From: Octopus bimaculoides
Lineage: Eukaryota
NCBI RefSeq assembly: GCF_001194135.2
Contig: NC_068990.1
Coordinates: forward strand, 82,267,114-82,306,443
Length of the DNA: 39,330 nt
Direction of reading: 5' to 3'
The notes under the pieces were generated by a model, which had not been told where the DNA came from, searched no databases, and worked only from the letters and a program-made list of their open reading frames with translations. Position numbers and translations under genes: made by a program. The first letter of the stretch is position 1, and every line of letters begins with the position of its first letter. Of the stretch, positions 36,326 through 39,330 are shown one piece after another.

Positions 36326-38059
36326 TACATGTACATAGACTTATAATACTTACATGATACACACAGACCCGGGTTTCTGAGTAGTTATCCATCATCAGTG
36401 TGTGATAATCACCAGCTAGCTATATCATTATTATTATTATCTCTAATCGTGTATACTCATGTACGCCCACAGGCACGAATTGACACCACTCCTCATATGC
36501 ATACTTTTGTAAAAGTAGAAAACGTATGTTACGTATACATTGAAATTGCATCTTCCATTCTATTCATACAAATACGTGCATAACGTTGCAGACACATTAA
36601 AGCACATATTGAAAATATCAGACTCACATATAAACACACATACACACCTTAATATCAGTATATTTATATATATATATACACACACATACAAACTTACATT
36701 GGCACAACAAACTTGCTAAGGTTTTAACGCCATGTTGGATTATTCAATTTGACAGCTACATTAAATTAGTTAACATATAGGAGATTCGTTAGATAAATGA
36801 TAATTTATACCATAGTTATACTTTGGGTAAGTTGGCTAGATAATTGATAACATTACACCATAGTTAAGCTGTATTTCTTTTTTTTGTTTTTTGTTTTACT
36901 TTGCATGAATTGGAAATGCGTTCAAAATATGTTCGTTGTTTCTTTTTTATCCTCTTCGTAAGTTTCATCTGTTTATTTTATCGTTTCTCATATTTTAACC
37001 TATATTAATCCTTCGTGTTTATGTCTGTCGAAGAGAATCACAAAACTTGTAGATAATTCCATTATTAAGGAATTCAAATTGCGTATTGAGTAAGGTGGCG
37101 AACCGAATTCCATCAGTGTTTAGTTACGTTCGTTTATCTTTTGCGATCAAAGCCGGCCACCATCAAATTTGCTCGTTATTTTTATTTATTTATTTTACAA
37201 TCTGAGCTAAATTATTGCTTTAAAGCAGTACCCCAGCATGGCAGCGATCCAGTGCCTGAAGCCATTAAGACTATAAATGGATGAGGCTGTATATACGTAT
37301 GTCTGTCCGTCTGTCTGTATGCCTGTATGTATGTATGTATGCATGTATGTATGTATGTATGTATGCATGTATGTATGTATGTACGTATGTATGTATGTAT
37401 GTATGAAAGTATGTATGAATTTATGAATGCATATGTGCATGAGTATGTATATACATGCATATGCGTAAATAAGATGTGGCGATAACAGGAAGTCGATTTA
37501 ATTGATATCAACATATTGTATAGACAAGCTTTCACGACTCGCTTTCGTTTCCTGTGTCTATTACTTTTTAGCAATGTAAGAAAGCAATTTATTTACACGT
37601 TCTTCAGCCGTGCTAATAACTTATGTATCCGAGGAGATATACAAATATCCAAATATAATCTTGATTTTTACCATCTACTTTGTAATTTTATCTTCCCAAA
37701 GTCTCAGCTCATTGATCTTATTTGAGTTATCTTCTCTGCTTTTTGATTTAAAATTTTTAACATCCACAGAACAGAGGAAGATTTTATCTTAACTGCATTA
37801 AGAATCTCAGTTTTTCAGCTCTCTGTTTTACGTATTCTACTCAAGAAGTACAATAGAACCGGCGTTCACTTTATTTACCTTATTCTCGATTGATTATTTC
37901 ATTCCTTGCTGCTTTTCTGTTCAAAATACTTTCTCACACACCTTTGCACTTCGTTGAAATTTGTCTCGGTTGAATTTGTTTTTCATCCTTGAAGCTTCAT
38001 TAAAATAAGCATCAGTCAAGTGTTGCTGTTGATACAAACAATATCGTTTCTACCTTCAG

Positions 38060-38189
38060 GAAATGGGGCAGTGCTGATGATCTTCACAGGACTTCTGGGA
38101 CGTGTGGAAGTGATAGAGGAAGATACTCACAAACCGGAGTCCGGGACCCAATGCTTGCAACAAAGTAAACGCCTCGAAAGGCAACTAAG
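38060..38189. other. GC-rich island with exon-like splice signals on both strands
   Basis: + strand: TTTCTACCTTCAG|G 38060..38189 AG|GTATT (xNGAVLMIFTGLLGRVEVIEEDTHKPESGTQCLQQSKRLERQL). - strand: CTAATACCTTAG| 38184..38131 |GTGAGT (54 nt, all frames open). Confidence 0.3.
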
Positions 38190-39092
38190 GTATTAGCATG
38201 TATATATATAAGATCTCTTCTGGTTTTCATTATTTAAATTCTTCCTCAATTGAAGGAGTTGGTTTCCATCATTGGAATGTCCATAACAAAAACAATATTA
38301 CATTCTAACTTCATAAAAGCCTTGCAGATTTTTACTATAACACTTACAGATTGTAATTGTTATGTGTGAGGTAATTGGTCGATTTCTTTTCTGAAAAACC
38401 CAGCTAATCTAAATTGTCACTTAGGCATTAACTCACCAAGTGAAGTACACAAATTATTAACGGTATAAATGTTAATTTATAATCTGAATATAGAAGTTTT
38501 CCTCTTTGCGGCATAAAATTAATTTCACTGTTTGTTAGCATTACAAATTTTTGACATTAAACCTCTCAAGAATAAGAAAAAGAAAAAATAGAAGAGAGGG
38601 TCACATCCAGATAGTCTTTGATCGAAGTTCTGCTCAATGAAGGATGATCCTAGAAATAAACAGTAACAAATAAATAAGATTATCATACTTTTATCAGCAA
38701 ATTTCCGTTATTTTCTCAAGATTATGTGTTGTTTGTGTCTGAACTTTACAGCCAAAAGCCATGGGGAGTTATCAAGTGCAAATACCAAAGATGAAACAAT
38801 ATCAAGCTGTGATGCTTTAAATATACGGGTTGAACAATAGAAGATAGAAATCCAATATTGAGAAGCTGAGCCAGCGAGTTTGTTTCGACTTTTAAAGGTG
38901 GGTGGTTTTATTTTATGCAGCAGACGAAATTCAGTCACTGATATCGTAAATAGCCAACAGGCTTGTTATAAACAAATATTAGCGACAGAAGCAAAATTAA
39001 TACCAAATGGTGAAAGGCGCAATATTCGATGTTGTAATAGGTTCTATCAAGGGGCGTTATTCGGCATTCTAAAAATTGCCATTCACTGTTTC

Positions 39093-39140
<48 letters not shown>

Positions 39141-39330
39141 GGTGCGTAAGATATTTGAGGACTGATTTATGTTTATAAAAAAGGACAGATATATAATAAG
39201 AGATAATAAATTTATTTATCAAAAGATGCTATGAGGATAAAAATAAGCCTTCTTTTCTATAATGTTATTCGATAAAGCCACCTACGGCTTCAATAACTGT
39301 ATGAGATCTAAATGTATATATATATATATA

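Noticed and set aside
38752-38945. + strand acceptor/donor pairs near 38752-38897 and 38920-38945
   Set aside because: Stops in all frames of the first, and the implied intron is only about 22 nt.

Overview
AT-rich, microsatellite-saturated animal genomic DNA from a short-read scaffold, with 11 N-gaps totalling about 2.5 kb. The SINE families and repeat landscape match what I recall for Octopus (probably O. bimaculoides); this is recall, not a search result. No complete gene, RNA gene or CRISPR array is visible, and almost every ORF in the supplied track is a microsatellite or N-gap artefact. Well supported: about 17 copies of two tRNA-headed SINE groups (one full copy with a target-site duplication), several decayed fragments of R4/Dong-type non-LTR retrotransposons (RT C-terminus, CCHC knuckle, PD-(D/E)xK restriction-like endonuclease), and an internally inverted mariner remnant. 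Weakly supported: a series of candidate exons, mostly on the minus strand (17772-17912 is best; 4742-5077 encodes a Tyr-motif-rich stretch), which may belong to a long-intron gene I cannot identify. Most interesting observations: (i) a roughly 130-bp piece of one RLE-LINE lineage patched antisense into another, with microhomology at both junctions; (ii) a mariner inversion joined at an inverted microhomology; (iii) LINE-related pieces embedded in (TACA)n or (TAA)n arrays, suggesting microsatellite targeting; (iv) a duplication next to a gap that may hide a duplicated exon; (v) a strong SINE strand bias. I found no convincing new biological system; these are leads.
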